DNA from: Eledone cirrhosa
Taxonomy: Eukaryota
DNA length: 64,000 bases
Direction: 5' to 3'
Assembly (NCBI GenBank): GCA_964016885.1
Contig: CAXHJY010001477.1
Span: 62,001-126,000 of the forward strand
Shown here: one piece after another, positions 13,266 to 26,650 of the stretch
Position numbering within the stretch: the stretch's first letter is position 1
Layout: each line of letters begins with the position of its first letter
Program-made: the position numbers and the translations under genes
The notes under the pieces: generated by a model
The model's input: the letters and a program-made list of their open reading frames with translations, nothing else
Databases searched by the model: none
Told to the model about the DNA's origin: nothing

Positions 13266-13385
13266 ACTATTGTATTTTCACAGTAAAGGCTTTACCTCAC
13301 ATAATATCTCACATAACATTTACATTACTCTATATATACTATTGTATTTTCACAGAAAAGTCATTATCTCACATAATTATCTCAC
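13264..13385. repeat. 72-bp satellite, last ~1.7 units after the RTE
   Basis: Resumes at ATACTATTGTATTTTCAC in the phase at which the RTE interrupted it, then decays into unique sequence. Confidence 0.93.
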
Positions 13386-13533
13386 TTAATATCGAATCTA
13401 TGAGATTTTGATATTATTTATTTTGAGAACAACACCTTAACATCAGTATGAGCAGTCAGTTATAGTTGGTTTGAACAGAAAAAGGTGAGTGAATTCTAGC
13501 TGGATATGGCCAGTTTAAATGCTAAAGGGTTAA
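13386..13533. mobile_element. Right arm and terminus of a piggyBac-type non-autonomous element (TAAATGCTAAAGGG|TTAA)
   Basis: The reverse complement of 13516-13529 is CCCTTTAGCATTTA, a 13/14 match to 33215-33228 (CCCTTTAACATTTA). Both are flanked by TTAA. Confidence 0.78.
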
Positions 13534-13790
13534 AGAAAATCCTATTTTACATTGTTTTGTATTCACAGTAAGCTGTACTGATTTAGGGTTTGGTAGTCAA
13601 CCAAAAGCATTAGCCTGATGTACAGCATTGCTAGTTCTAAGTTTTACAAATTGCATTTAACTTACAGTTTAATTAACAGTCTAATTAACTGTAAACAGGA
13701 AATGCAGCAGATAAAATGTTTTTTCATTAACTATATACATATATAAGAGTTTCTTAATTAGGCAGAAGTTCAGAGGTACTTCTAGCATCA

Positions 13791-13856
13791 GGTGTAAACT
13801 ACTAACCCCAGCTGTTTACTACTAACCCCAGGTGTTTAATACTAACCCCAGGTGTC
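13791..13856. repeat. 20-bp minisatellite, ~3.3 copies
   Basis: GGTGTWWAMTACTAACCCCA repeated. Confidence 0.85.
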
Positions 13857-14445
13857 ATGTTACTAATATAGATGTTTAAAGTCAGATTCAAGAAAACCAG
13901 ACAAATAAAAAAATAAAAAAATGAATATTAAACAATTATACATTTTTTTTTTACTTATTTTTATATTTTACGAAATAATTCCTTTTGAAGTCCACTAAAT
14001 AGCAACATATTTTTATTTTGTTTTATTTATTTATTTATTATTTATTTTATCATGTTTTTTTTTTATTTATTTACATATTTTTTGAAAATATATTTTGTAT
14101 AAATAATGAAAAGTTTGTAATAACAAAAAAATTATAATTAAGAAATATAAAATTCTTAATCATTGGTAGATGAAACAATCTGTGAATACATTATCATACC
14201 AAATTGATAGAAAACGGCAAGAAATAGTAAATGTGAAACTAGGTCTGTTATTTACATGTAATATGTAAATATATAATAATGGTTATATAAAATTAGTATT
14301 AGAGGAATTTAATATCAATCTATTAATAATATACACATGTATTATAATATTAGATTGTAGTAATAATAATAATGATAATAATATGAAATATTGAAATGAA
14401 AGATCAAAATAACATTTTTTTAAATATGGAAAGTACACGTGTGTG

Positions 14446-14446
<1 letters not shown>

Positions 14447-14496
<50 letters not shown>

Positions 14497-14689
14497 GTAA
14501 CATAGTATAATATAATATATATATATATATAAAATATAGAAAGAAATGTACACGTGTGTGTGTTATATAATATATTTCATATATATATATATAATGTAAT
14601 ATAATATAAATTTAATGTAATATAATATATATATAATGTAATATATATGTAATATGTAACATAGTATAATATAATATATATATAATATA

Positions 14690-14766
<77 letters not shown>
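14447..14766. repeat. (TA)n and AT-rich microsatellite
   Basis: Two long TA runs, plus duplicated GTACACGTGTGTGTTATA and TAATATGTAACATAGTATAATAT blocks. Confidence 0.9.
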
Positions 14767-14770
<4 letters not shown>

Positions 14771-15564
14771 GTGAAATCTGGAAGATTGTGATTATAAAGT
14801 TTCACCAGAATTTTAAACAAACAATAGAAATATAATAACATGATGTAAGTTTCCAAAAAATAAGAAAATATTAATTCAATTTTTGTGTGTTTTAGTCATA
14901 TGTACTTATTTGTTATTTTGAAATACTTAATAATTCTAGAATGACTCCAATTGAAAAGATTCAGTTATCCAATTGTTAACAGTTTAATTTCTTGCCATTG
15001 ATTTCTGATCAATGTTCTGTGTGGATAAAACTGGGGGCTTAAGTGAACGGGGAGTAAAATAAATCACGATAAACATACCACACCTGTTGGATAATCACAT
15101 GCTGAAATAAATAAGATCTGGTGACAATGTAAAAAAGTCTAAGAGAAATGATTTCGTTAATGAATATATGTATAGGAGACTGTGGTAGTCTACCTGAAGC
15201 ATTGTGGAATATGTGGAAAACAGTTTGTTATAAAAGACTATAGCAATGCAAATGGAGCATTAAATATAGGAAATAATTACAACAAATATATTGAAATATG
15301 TTAGAAATATTTAATTTGTCCTGATATATTTAATGTAAACTGCCCCCTTTTCAGGGGTGTTAAGATAACATAAGGGAGATATGATTAAAAACACCTAAAT
15401 GGATGTAAAATAATTATATCTCTTGTGTTTCCAACACCATTGAAAAGCGACATTTTACCCAAAATATATCAGCACTAAATAATATTTCTAAGGTAACATT
15501 TCAATATCTTTGTTATTGTTATTATTGCTATTTAATGCTTTGCAACATAGAGTTATGGCCCTTT

Positions 15565-15685
15565 ACAGTCTGAGTTAAAATCCTGCCAAGGTTAACATTG
15601 CCTTTCATCCTTACAGGGTCGATAAAACACCTTAATGCACTGGGGTAATTCCTGGCCTTGTGCCAAAAGTTGAAAAAATTATTGC
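15565..15685 (+). mobile_element. tRNA-derived SINE, 5'-degraded copy
   Basis: CTGAGTTAAAATCC..GGTTAACATTGCCTTTCATCCTTACAGGGTCGATAAAA..GCACTGGGGTAATTCCTGGCCTTGTGCC matches the SINEs at 50445, 54203 and 56645. Confidence 0.8.
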
Positions 15686-16136
15686 TATTTAACATTTGAT
15701 CTCTATTGCTATAGCCTTCCATAATACAGTGTTCAGTATATAAGAATTCATCTATGCAGAGTTGAGCTGCCAACAGTTGAACAACCTGTTCACTTGCCAA
15801 AATATTAACAAGCCATTTGCTGAATAACAAAAATGTGAAGCATGAATTGTGTGTAAAAGATTCATAATTTGTCAATAAAATATCTCTTCATTAAAATATT
15901 AAAGTAGTAAAGTGTGTAATGAAAGGTTAGAGTCGATATATTTGAAGATTAGCAGAGGTTATTTATTGTGTAGATTATATTATAGTTAGGTATAAATTTG
16001 AACTGGAGTGGGAGGGAGGGGCAAGTATGGGGAGTGAGAGGGGGTGAGAAGCCAACTTGGGGGGGGGGGGGGAGTTGTAAAAGATTGAAGGTAGAAATAT
16101 ATACGTTCTTCATATAACCAGGAAATACGGTGTCAA

Positions 16137-17213
16137 GGTGACATGTGGTGTTGTGGAGGGGTGACATGTGGTGTTGTGGAGGGGTGACATTTGGTAATGT
16201 GGAGGGGTGACATGTGGTGTTGTGGAGGGGTGACATGTGGTGTTGTGGAGAGGTGACATGTGGTGTTGTGGAGGGGTGACATGTGGTGTTGTGGAGGGGT
16301 GACATGTGGTGTTGTGGAGGGGTGACATTTGGTAATGTGGAGGGGTGACATGTGGTGTTGTGGAGGGGTGACATGTGGTGTTGTGGTGTTGTGGAGGGGT
16401 GACATGTGGTGTTGTAGAGGGGTGACATGTGGTGTTGTGGAGGGGTGACATGTGGTGTTGTGGAGGGGTGACATTTGGTAATGTGGAGGGGTGACATGTG
16501 GTGTTGTGGAGGGGTGACATGTGGTGTTGTGGAGGGGTGACATGTGGTGTTGTGGAGGGGGTGACATTTGGTAATGTGGAGGGGTGACATGTGGTGTTGT
16601 GGAGGGGTGACATGTGGTGTTGTGGAGGGGTGACATGTGGTGTTGTGGAGAGGTGACATGTGGTGTTGTGGAGGGGTGACATGTGGTGTTGTGGAGGAGT
16701 GACATGTGTTGTGGAGGGGTGACATGTGGTGTTGTGGAGAGGTGACATGTGGTGTTGTGGAGGGGTGACATGTGGTGTTGTGGAGGGGTGACATTTGGTA
16801 ATGTGGAGGGGTGACATGTGGTGTTGTGGAGAGGTGACATGTGGTGTTGTGGAGGGGTGACATGTGGTGTTGTGGAGGGGTGACATGTGGTGTTGTGGAG
16901 GGGTGACATTTGGTAATGTGGAGGGGTGACATGTGGTGTTGTGGAGGGGTGACATGTGGTGTTGTGGAGGGGTGACATGTGGTGTTGTGGAGAGGTGACA
17001 TGTGGTGTTGTGGAGGGGTGACATGTGGTGTTGTGGAGGGGTGACATGTGGTGTTGTGGAGAGGTGACATGTGGTGTTGTGGAGGGGTGACATGTGGTGT
17101 TGTGGAGGGGTGACATGTGGTGTTGTGGAGAGGTGACATGTGGTAATGTGGAGGGGTGACATGTGGTGTTGTGGAGGGGTGACATGTGGTGTTGTGGAGA
17201 GGTGACATGTGGT
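16137..17213. repeat. 23-bp G-rich minisatellite, ~46 units
   Basis: Unit GTGACATGTGGTGTTGTGGAGGG, with recurring GAGA and ATTTGGTAAT variants. Confidence 0.97.
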
Positions 17214-17319
17214 AGGTAGACAGGTACAATAATTACATGGAACAACCATGTATAAAGTGACATAACTAGATATTGAGGGAATGAGGAGCAGGAGAACCAG
17301 GGGGATGGGGGCAGACAGA

Positions 17320-20300
17320 ACACACACACACATATACCATTACACACACACAGCATTACACGGACATATCATTACACACACACACCATTACACACACCCC
17401 ATTACACATACACACCATTACACACACACACCGTTACACACACCATTACACACATGATTACACACACATATACCGTTACAAACACATAGCGTTACACACA
17501 CACACATACCATTACACACACACACGATTACACACATTGTTAAACACACATACCATTACACACACACACCGTTACACACACATATCGTTACACACACACA
17601 CCGTTACACACACACACCATTACACACACCATTACACGCATGCCATTACAGACACAACGTTACACACACATACCGTAACAAACACATACCATTACACATA
17701 CACACACCATTACACACACATATTGTTACACACACACCATTACACACACATACCATTACACACACACACCGTTACACCCACACACACTGTTACACAAACA
17801 TACGGTTACACACACACACCATTACACACACACACCATTACACACACATACCATTAAACACACACCATTACACACATCATTACACAAACACACACCAATA
17901 CACACACCATTTCACAGACATACCATTACACACACACACAATACACACACATACCATTACACATACATACCATTACACACACACAACGGTACACACACAC
18001 CATTACACACACACATACTGTTACACACACATACCGTTACACACACACAACATTACATACACACACACCATTACGAACACATACCGTTACACAAACATAC
18101 AGTTACACACACACACACTATTACACACACACACCATTACACACACACACACCATTACACACACAAACATAGCGTAAAACACACACAGCGTTACACACGC
18201 ATACCATTACACACACACACCGATACACACACACTGTTACACACATATACCATTACACACAAACACCATTACACACACATACTGTTACACACACGCACCA
18301 TTATACACACACAACATTACACACACCATTAAACACACATACCATTACACACACATTCCATTACACACACACACCGTTACACACACATAGCGTTAAAGAC
18401 ACACCGTTACACACGCATGCCATTACACACAAACCGTTACACACACACACCATTACATACACATACCATTAAAGACACACACCGTTACAAACACATAGCA
18501 TTACACACAGACACCGTTACAGAGGCATACCATTACACACACACCGTTACAGAGGTATACCATTACACACACACACCGTTACAGAGGCATACCATTACAC
18601 ACACACACCGTTACAAACACATAGCATTACACACACACACCGTTACAAACACATAGCATTACACACACACACCGTTACAGAGGCAAACCATTACACACAC
18701 ACACCGTTACAGAGGCATACCATTACACACACACACCGTTACAAAAACATAGCATTACACACACACACCGTTACAAACACATAGCATTACACACACACAC
18801 CGTTACAGAGGCATACCATTACACACACCATTAAACACACACACCATTACTCACACACACACACGATTACACACACGCACCGTTACACACATATACCATT
18901 ACACACACACACCGTTACACACATACACCATTACATACACACATACCATTACACACACCGTTACACACACACCATTACGAAGACACACCATTGCACACAC
19001 ACACACACCGTTACACACACATACCATTACACACACCGTTACACACACACAACATTACATACACACACACCGTTACACACACCATTACGAACACATACCG
19101 TTACACAAACATACAGTTACACACACACACTATTACACACACACACATAGCGTTAAACACACACAGCGTTACACACGCATACCATTACACACACACACTG
19201 TTACACACATATACCATTACACACAAACACCATTACACACACATAGCATTACACACACACACCGTTACAGAGGCATACCATTACACACACACACCATTAC
19301 TCACACACACACACAATTATACACACGCACCGTTACACACATATACCATTACACACACACACCGTTACACACATACACCATTACATACACACATACCATT
19401 ACACACACCGTTACACACACACCATTACGAAGACACACCGTTACACACACATACCATTACACACACCGTTACACACCGTTACACACACACCATTACACAC
19501 ACACACACACCGTTACACGCACACACCGTTAGACACACAAACGGTTACACACACACACCATTATACACACACACCATTACACACACATACCATTACACAC
19601 ACACACCATTACACACAAACACCATTACACACACATACCATTACACACACACACCATTACACACACACACCATTAAACACACATCATTACACAAACACAC
19701 ACCAATATACACACATAGTGTTACACACACACACCATTTCACAGGCATACCATTACACACACACCGTTACACACACACACCATTACACACACACACCATT
19801 ACACACACATACCATTACTCACACACACCGTTACACACACACCCACCATTACACATACATACCATTACACACACACACCGTACAAACACACCATTACACA
19901 CACACATACCGTTACACACACCATTACGAACACATAACATTATACACACCATTAGACATACACACAGCGTTATACACACACACCATTATGCACACGCACC
20001 ATTACGCACAGACACGATTACACATACACACCATTACACACACACACCGTTAGACACATATACCGTTACACAAACATACAGTTACACACACACACATAGC
20101 GTTAAACACACACAGCGTTACACACGCATACCATTACACACACACACTGTTACACACATATACCATTACACACAAACACCATTAAACACACACCGTTACA
20201 TACACACACACACCATTAAACACACATACCATTACACACATACACCGTTACACACACATAGCGTTAAAGACACACACCGTTACACACGCATACCATTACA

Positions 20301-23300
20301 CACAAACCGTTACACACACACACCATTACATACACATACCATTAAAGACACACACCGTTACACACACATCATTACACACACACACCGTTACACACACATC
20401 ATTACACACACACACCGTTACAAACACATAGCATTACACACACACACCGTTACAGAGGCATACCATTACACACACACGGTTACACACACACACCGTTACT
20501 CACACACACACACGATTACACACACCCACCGTTACACACATATACCATTACACACACACACACCGTTACACACACATACCGTTGCACACATACACCATTA
20601 CACACACCGTTACACACACACCATTACACACACACACATCGTTAGACACACATACGGTTACACACACACACCATTACACACACACATACCGTTACACACA
20701 TACACCATTACATACACACATAGCATTACACACACATACCATTACACACACCGTTACACACAGACCATTACACACACACACCGTTAGACACACAAACGGT
20801 TACACACACACACCATTACACACACACACACCGTTACACAAACATACCATTACACACACGCACAATTACACACACATACCGTTACACACACACAACGTTA
20901 CACACACACACACACACCATTACAGACACACATAGCATTACACACACATACCATTACACACACACACTGTTGCATACAAACACCGTCACACACACATACC
21001 ATTAACACAAACACCGTTACACACACACCATTAGACACACACACCGTTACACACACATGTAATTACACACACATAACATTACACACACACCCTTACACAC
21101 ACACACCCCATTACACACAACCACCATTACACACACACACCGAGACACACACACACCTTTACACACACACACCGTTACACACACATAGCATTACACACAC
21201 ATAGCATTACACACACATACCGTTACACACACACACCGTTACACACGAATACCAGTACACACACACCGTTACACACACACACACCATTACACACATCATT
21301 ACACACACATACCGTTATACACACACACACACCATTACACACATCATTACACACACATACCGTTACACACACACACCGTTACAAACTCAGCGTTACACGC
21401 ACGCACACCGTTACACACACATACCGTTACACACACCCACCATTACACACACATACAATTACACACACACCCACACCGTTACACACACATACCGTTACAT
21501 ACACACACCATTACACATATACATTTACAAACACACGCCGTTACACACACATACCGTTACACACGAATACCATTACACACACACCGTTACACACATACAC
21601 CATTACACACACATACCGTTATACACACACACACCATTACACACACATACCGTTACACACACATACCATTACACACACACACCGTTATAAACTCAGCGTT
21701 ACACACACCATTACATACACACATAGCATTACACACACATACCATTACACACACATACAATTACACACACACACCGTTACACACACACACCGTTAAACAC
21801 ACACACCATTACACATACACACACCGTTACACACACACACCGTTACACACACACACCATTACACATACACACACCGTTACACACACACCGTTACACACAC
21901 ACACCATTACACATACACACACCGTTACAAACACATAGGGTTAAACACACACACCGTTACACACACACACCATTACACACACTTACCATTAAACACACAT
22001 AGTGTTACACACACACCGTTACAGAGGCATACCATTACACACACACCATTACTCACACCCACACACCGTTGTACACACATACCGTTACACACATACACCA
22101 TTACATACACACATACTATTACACACACCGTTAAACACACGCCATTACGAACACATACCGTTACACACATTACACACACACACCATTACGCACACACACT
22201 ATACACATACACACCGTTAGACACATATCGTTACACAAACATACGGTTACACACACACATCATTACACACACATACCATTACATACACACACCATTAAAC
22301 ACACAGCGTTAAACACACACACCGTTACACACGCATACCATTACACATACACACCATTACACACACACACCGTTACACACAGACACCTTTACACACACAT
22401 ACCATTAACTCACACACCGTTACACACACACACAATTAGACAGACACACCGTTACACACATATACCCTTACACGCACCATTACACACACACCGATACACA
22501 CACATACCGTTACACACGCATACCATTACACACATATACCGTTACACACACCGTTACACACGAATACCATTACACACACACACCGTTATACACGAATACC
22601 ATTACACACACACCATTACACACACACACCATTACACACAACAACCGTTACACAAACATACAGTTACACACACACACGATTACACACACACACCATTACA
22701 CACACATACCGTTACACACACATAGCGTTAAACACACAGACCATTGCACACACATACCATTAAACACACACACCATTACACACACATCATTACACACACA
22801 CATCGTTACACACACATAGGATTACACCCACACACCGTTACACACACACACCATTACACACACACACCGTTACACACACATACGGTTAAACACACACAGT
22901 TACACATGCACAACATTACACACACACCGTTCCACACACATACCATTACACACATACACCGTTACACACACACACACACCATTACACACATATACCGTTA
23001 CACACACATAGCGTTACACACACACACACATAGCAGTACACGCACAAACCATTATAAACACACTCCGATACGTACACACATACCATTACACACATACACC
23101 GTTACACACACACACCATTACATACACACATAGCATTACACACACGTACATTTACACACACACCGTTACACACACACACCGTTACACACACACCGTTACA
23201 CACACACCATTACACACACACCGTTACACACACACTGTTACACACACATACCATTACCCACACACACCATTACACACACATACCATTAAACACATACACC

Positions 23301-23575
23301 GTTACAAACACATAGCGTTACACACACACACACCGATACACACACCATTACTCACACACATCGTTACACACACCCACCGTTACACACACTGTTACACACA
23401 CACACCGTTACACACGCATACCATTACACACACATACCATTAAACACACACACCGTTACACACCCCATTAGACACACACACACCGTTACATACACACATC
23501 ATCACACACACCATTACACACACACTATTAAACACACATACCATTACACACACCGTTACACAATCATCAATATAC
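17320..23575. repeat. Compound CA-rich microsatellite, CC(A/G)TTA(CA)n, ~6.2 kb
   Basis: CCATTA, CCGTTA or GCATTA heads separated by variable (CA)n runs. Confidence 0.96.
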
Positions 23576-23637
23576 ACATATTCACCCATAAACATTTCTT
23601 TACTACCATCACACCTAAACACTACCCATCTCGAGAA

Positions 23638-25470
23638 CCCTATTATACAGTAACTATGTTACCCTATTATACAGTAGCCATGTTACCCTATTATACAGTA
23701 GCTAAGTTACCCTATTATACAGTAACCATGTTACCCTATTATACAGTAGACATGTTACCCTATTATACAGTAGACATGTTACCCTATTATACAGTAGCCA
23801 TGTTACCCTATTATACAGTAGATATGTTACCCTATTATACAGTAGCTAAGTTACCCTATTATACAGTAACCATGTTACCCTATTATACAGTAGACATGTT
23901 ACCCTATTATACAGTAGCCATGTTACCCTATTATACAGTAGCCATGTTACCCCTATTATACAGTAGATATGTTACCCTATTATACAGTAGCCATGTTATC
24001 CTATTATACAGTAGACATGTTACCCTATTATACAGTAGACATGTTACCCCTATTATACAGTAGATATGTTACCCTATTATACAGTAGATATGTTACCCTA
24101 TTATACAGTAGATATGTTACCCTATTATACAGTAGCCATGTTACCCTATTATACAGTAGATATGTTACCCTGTTATACAGTAGACATGTTACCCCTATTA
24201 TACAGTAGACATGTTACCCTATTATACAGTAACCATGTTACCCTATTATACAGTAACCATGTTACCCTATTATACAGTAGACATGTTACCCTATTATACA
24301 GTAGATGTGTTACCCTATTATACAGTAGACATGTTATCCCTATTATACAGTAGACATGTTACCCCTATTATACAGTAGCCATGTTACCCTATTATACAGT
24401 AGATATGTTACTCTATTATACAATAGCCATGTTACCCTATTATACAGTAGACATGTTACCCTATTATACAGTAGATATGTTACCCTATTATACAGTAGAA
24501 ATGTTACCTTATTATACAGTAGATATGTTACCCTATTATACAGTAGCCATGTTACCCTATTATACAGTAGACATTTTACCCTATTATACAGTAGATATGT
24601 TACCCTATTATACAGTAGACATGTTAACCCTATTATACAGTAGCCATGTTACCCTATTATACAGTAGACATGATACCCTATTATACAGTAGACATGTTAC
24701 CCTATTATACAGTAACCATGTTACCCCTATTATACAGTAGACATGTTACCCTATTAAACAGTAGACATGTTAACTCTATTATACAGCAGATATGTTACCC
24801 TATTATACAGTAGACATGTTAACTCTATTATACAGTAACCATGTTACCCTATTATACAGTAGACATGTTAACTCTATTATACAGTAACCATGTTACCCTA
24901 TTATACAGTAGACATGTTAACTCTATTATACAGTAACCATGTTACCCTATTATACAGTAACCATGTTACCCTATTATACAGTAACCATGTTACCCTATTA
25001 TACAGTAACCATGTTACCCTATTATACAGTAGACATGTTACCCTATTATACAGTAGACATGTTACCCCTATTATACAGTAGACATGTTACCCTATTATAC
25101 AGTAGACATGTTAACCCTATTATACAGTAGACATGTTACCCCTATTATACAGTAGCCATGTTAACCCTATTATACAGTAGACATGTTATCCCTATTATAC
25201 AGTAGACATGTTACCCTTATTATACAGTAGCCATGTTAACCCTATTATACAGTAGACATGCTATCCCTATTATACAGTAGACATGTTACCCCTATTATAC
25301 AGTAGCCATGTTAACCCTATTATACAGTAGACATGTTACCCCTATTATACAGTAGCCATGTTAACCCTATTATACAGTAGACATGTTACCCCTATTATAC
25401 AGTAGCCATCTTAACCCTATTATACAGTAGACATGTTACCCCTATTATACAGTAGCCATGTTAACCCTAT
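23638..25470. repeat. 24/25-bp minisatellite, ~75 units
   Basis: Unit CCCTATTATACAGTAG(A/C)CATGTTA. 25-bp units (TTAACCC, TTACCCC) dominate the distal end. Confidence 0.97.
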
Positions 25471-25712
25471 CACTACCATATTGTTATATTTCCAATGAAA
25501 GCGACTATGATTTTTCAAATAATTAAGAATTTAAAAGGATTTATAGTAATATAGCTATCTTTATCATTATTAAGGTGGTGTTTGGAACATAACATAACAA
25601 AGGTTCTCACATAAAATTATGATGGAAGTTTTTTAAATAAATATAAACACTTTAAAACAGTCTTGTATCATACAATCACCAGAGACATTTCGTAGAGAGG
25701 TTGGTGAAAGGA
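25461..25712. mobile_element. Possible degraded TTAA-CCC (piggyBac-type) MITE
   Basis: Begins TTAA|CCCTATCACTACCATATT and has an AT-rich body. The right end (GGTTGGTGAAAGG) is degenerate with no TTAA. The family call rests on recall only. Confidence 0.35.
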
Positions 25713-25954
25713 AAAACATTCAGTTGTAGAGGACCTGACAAAAGCTGAGGTAGATTAATCAGCTGTGCCATAGACATGACAACCTCTCTAACAGCTGTCA
25801 CATGACAAGCTCTCTAGTGGTGATGCTATGACAAAATGTGGAGCATGTGATCATATGTTGAAAGTTAGAGCTCTGCTGGAGTATTGACCAATCTGTGTTG
25901 ACATGTTTGACTCGTGCTAGCAGGGATAACAGATGTTAAAAGATGACACACACA

Positions 25955-26290
25955 TCACCAGCATAAAGAAGGCATCCGATATTAAGTTCCCGCTTCTATC
26001 ACCTTTAATCAATTCTTGGTGCATTGCTACCATGCTGAGAGTGAGGTACTATGTCACTGTTAGCCACCCTCCTCCATATAGCTACATTCATCCATATTGT
26101 TTTTCATCCTTGGCTCACCTCCTCACACACCATTGTTACTTATTCAACCTCCTACCAACAAACAACATAACTATATCTCAAAGTCCATCATGGGAAAACT
26201 ACAGACTTGGAACAAGGTAATCCAGTTAAACTCCTCCCAAACTTTTCATCTTATTCACTCAGTGAAGCCTTGGATTAATGAGCACTCCTT
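25955..26290 (+). mobile_element. Possible highly degraded LINE ORF2 3' relic
   Basis: Composition and faint C-terminal motif remnants resemble CR1/Jockey-type ends. No clean ORF. Confidence 0.25.
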
Positions 26291-26317
26291 AGGCCTGGTA
26301 ACACTATAAAAATCATG

Positions 26318-26555
26318 CATGGCCAAGTGGTAAGATGGCTTACGATCATAATGTTGTGGGTTCGATTCCTAGACCGGTTTCTGTGTTGTGTTCTTGAGCA
26401 AAACACTTCATTTCTCGTTGCTCCAGTATATTCAGCTGAAAATGAGTACCAGTAACAGCTGGAGGTTTAACCCTGCAATAGACTGTCCATGGGAGGAGTA
26501 TTGTACTCTCAGTCACTTAATACCATGAAAACTGGGATAAGCACTGGCCCGATGC
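26318..26555 (+). mobile_element. tRNA-derived CORE-type SINE
   Basis: A box TGGCCAAGTGG (26320), B box GGTTCGATTCC (26359), then CORE-like TGTGTTGTGTTCTTGAGCAAAACACTTCATTTCTC. Confidence 0.75.
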
Positions 26556-26650
26556 ATCTCCAGATTTTAGATTATTTTTAGTAAGCTGTAAACTGGTTGA
26601 CAACACACAATAGAGAAAATCTTCACACCTTGGATACGATAGTCTCTCAA

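Noticed and set aside
15949-17356. Three overlapping ~410-aa His/Pro/Thr ORFs
   Set aside because: They are translations of the 23-bp minisatellite, open in all three minus frames.
17537-23133. His/Thr-rich ORFs up to 598 aa
   Set aside because: Artefact of the (CA)n microsatellite.
26318-26400. tRNA gene (likewise the heads at 50445, 54203 and 56645)
   Set aside because: A and B boxes are present but there is no cloverleaf, and each is followed by a SINE body.
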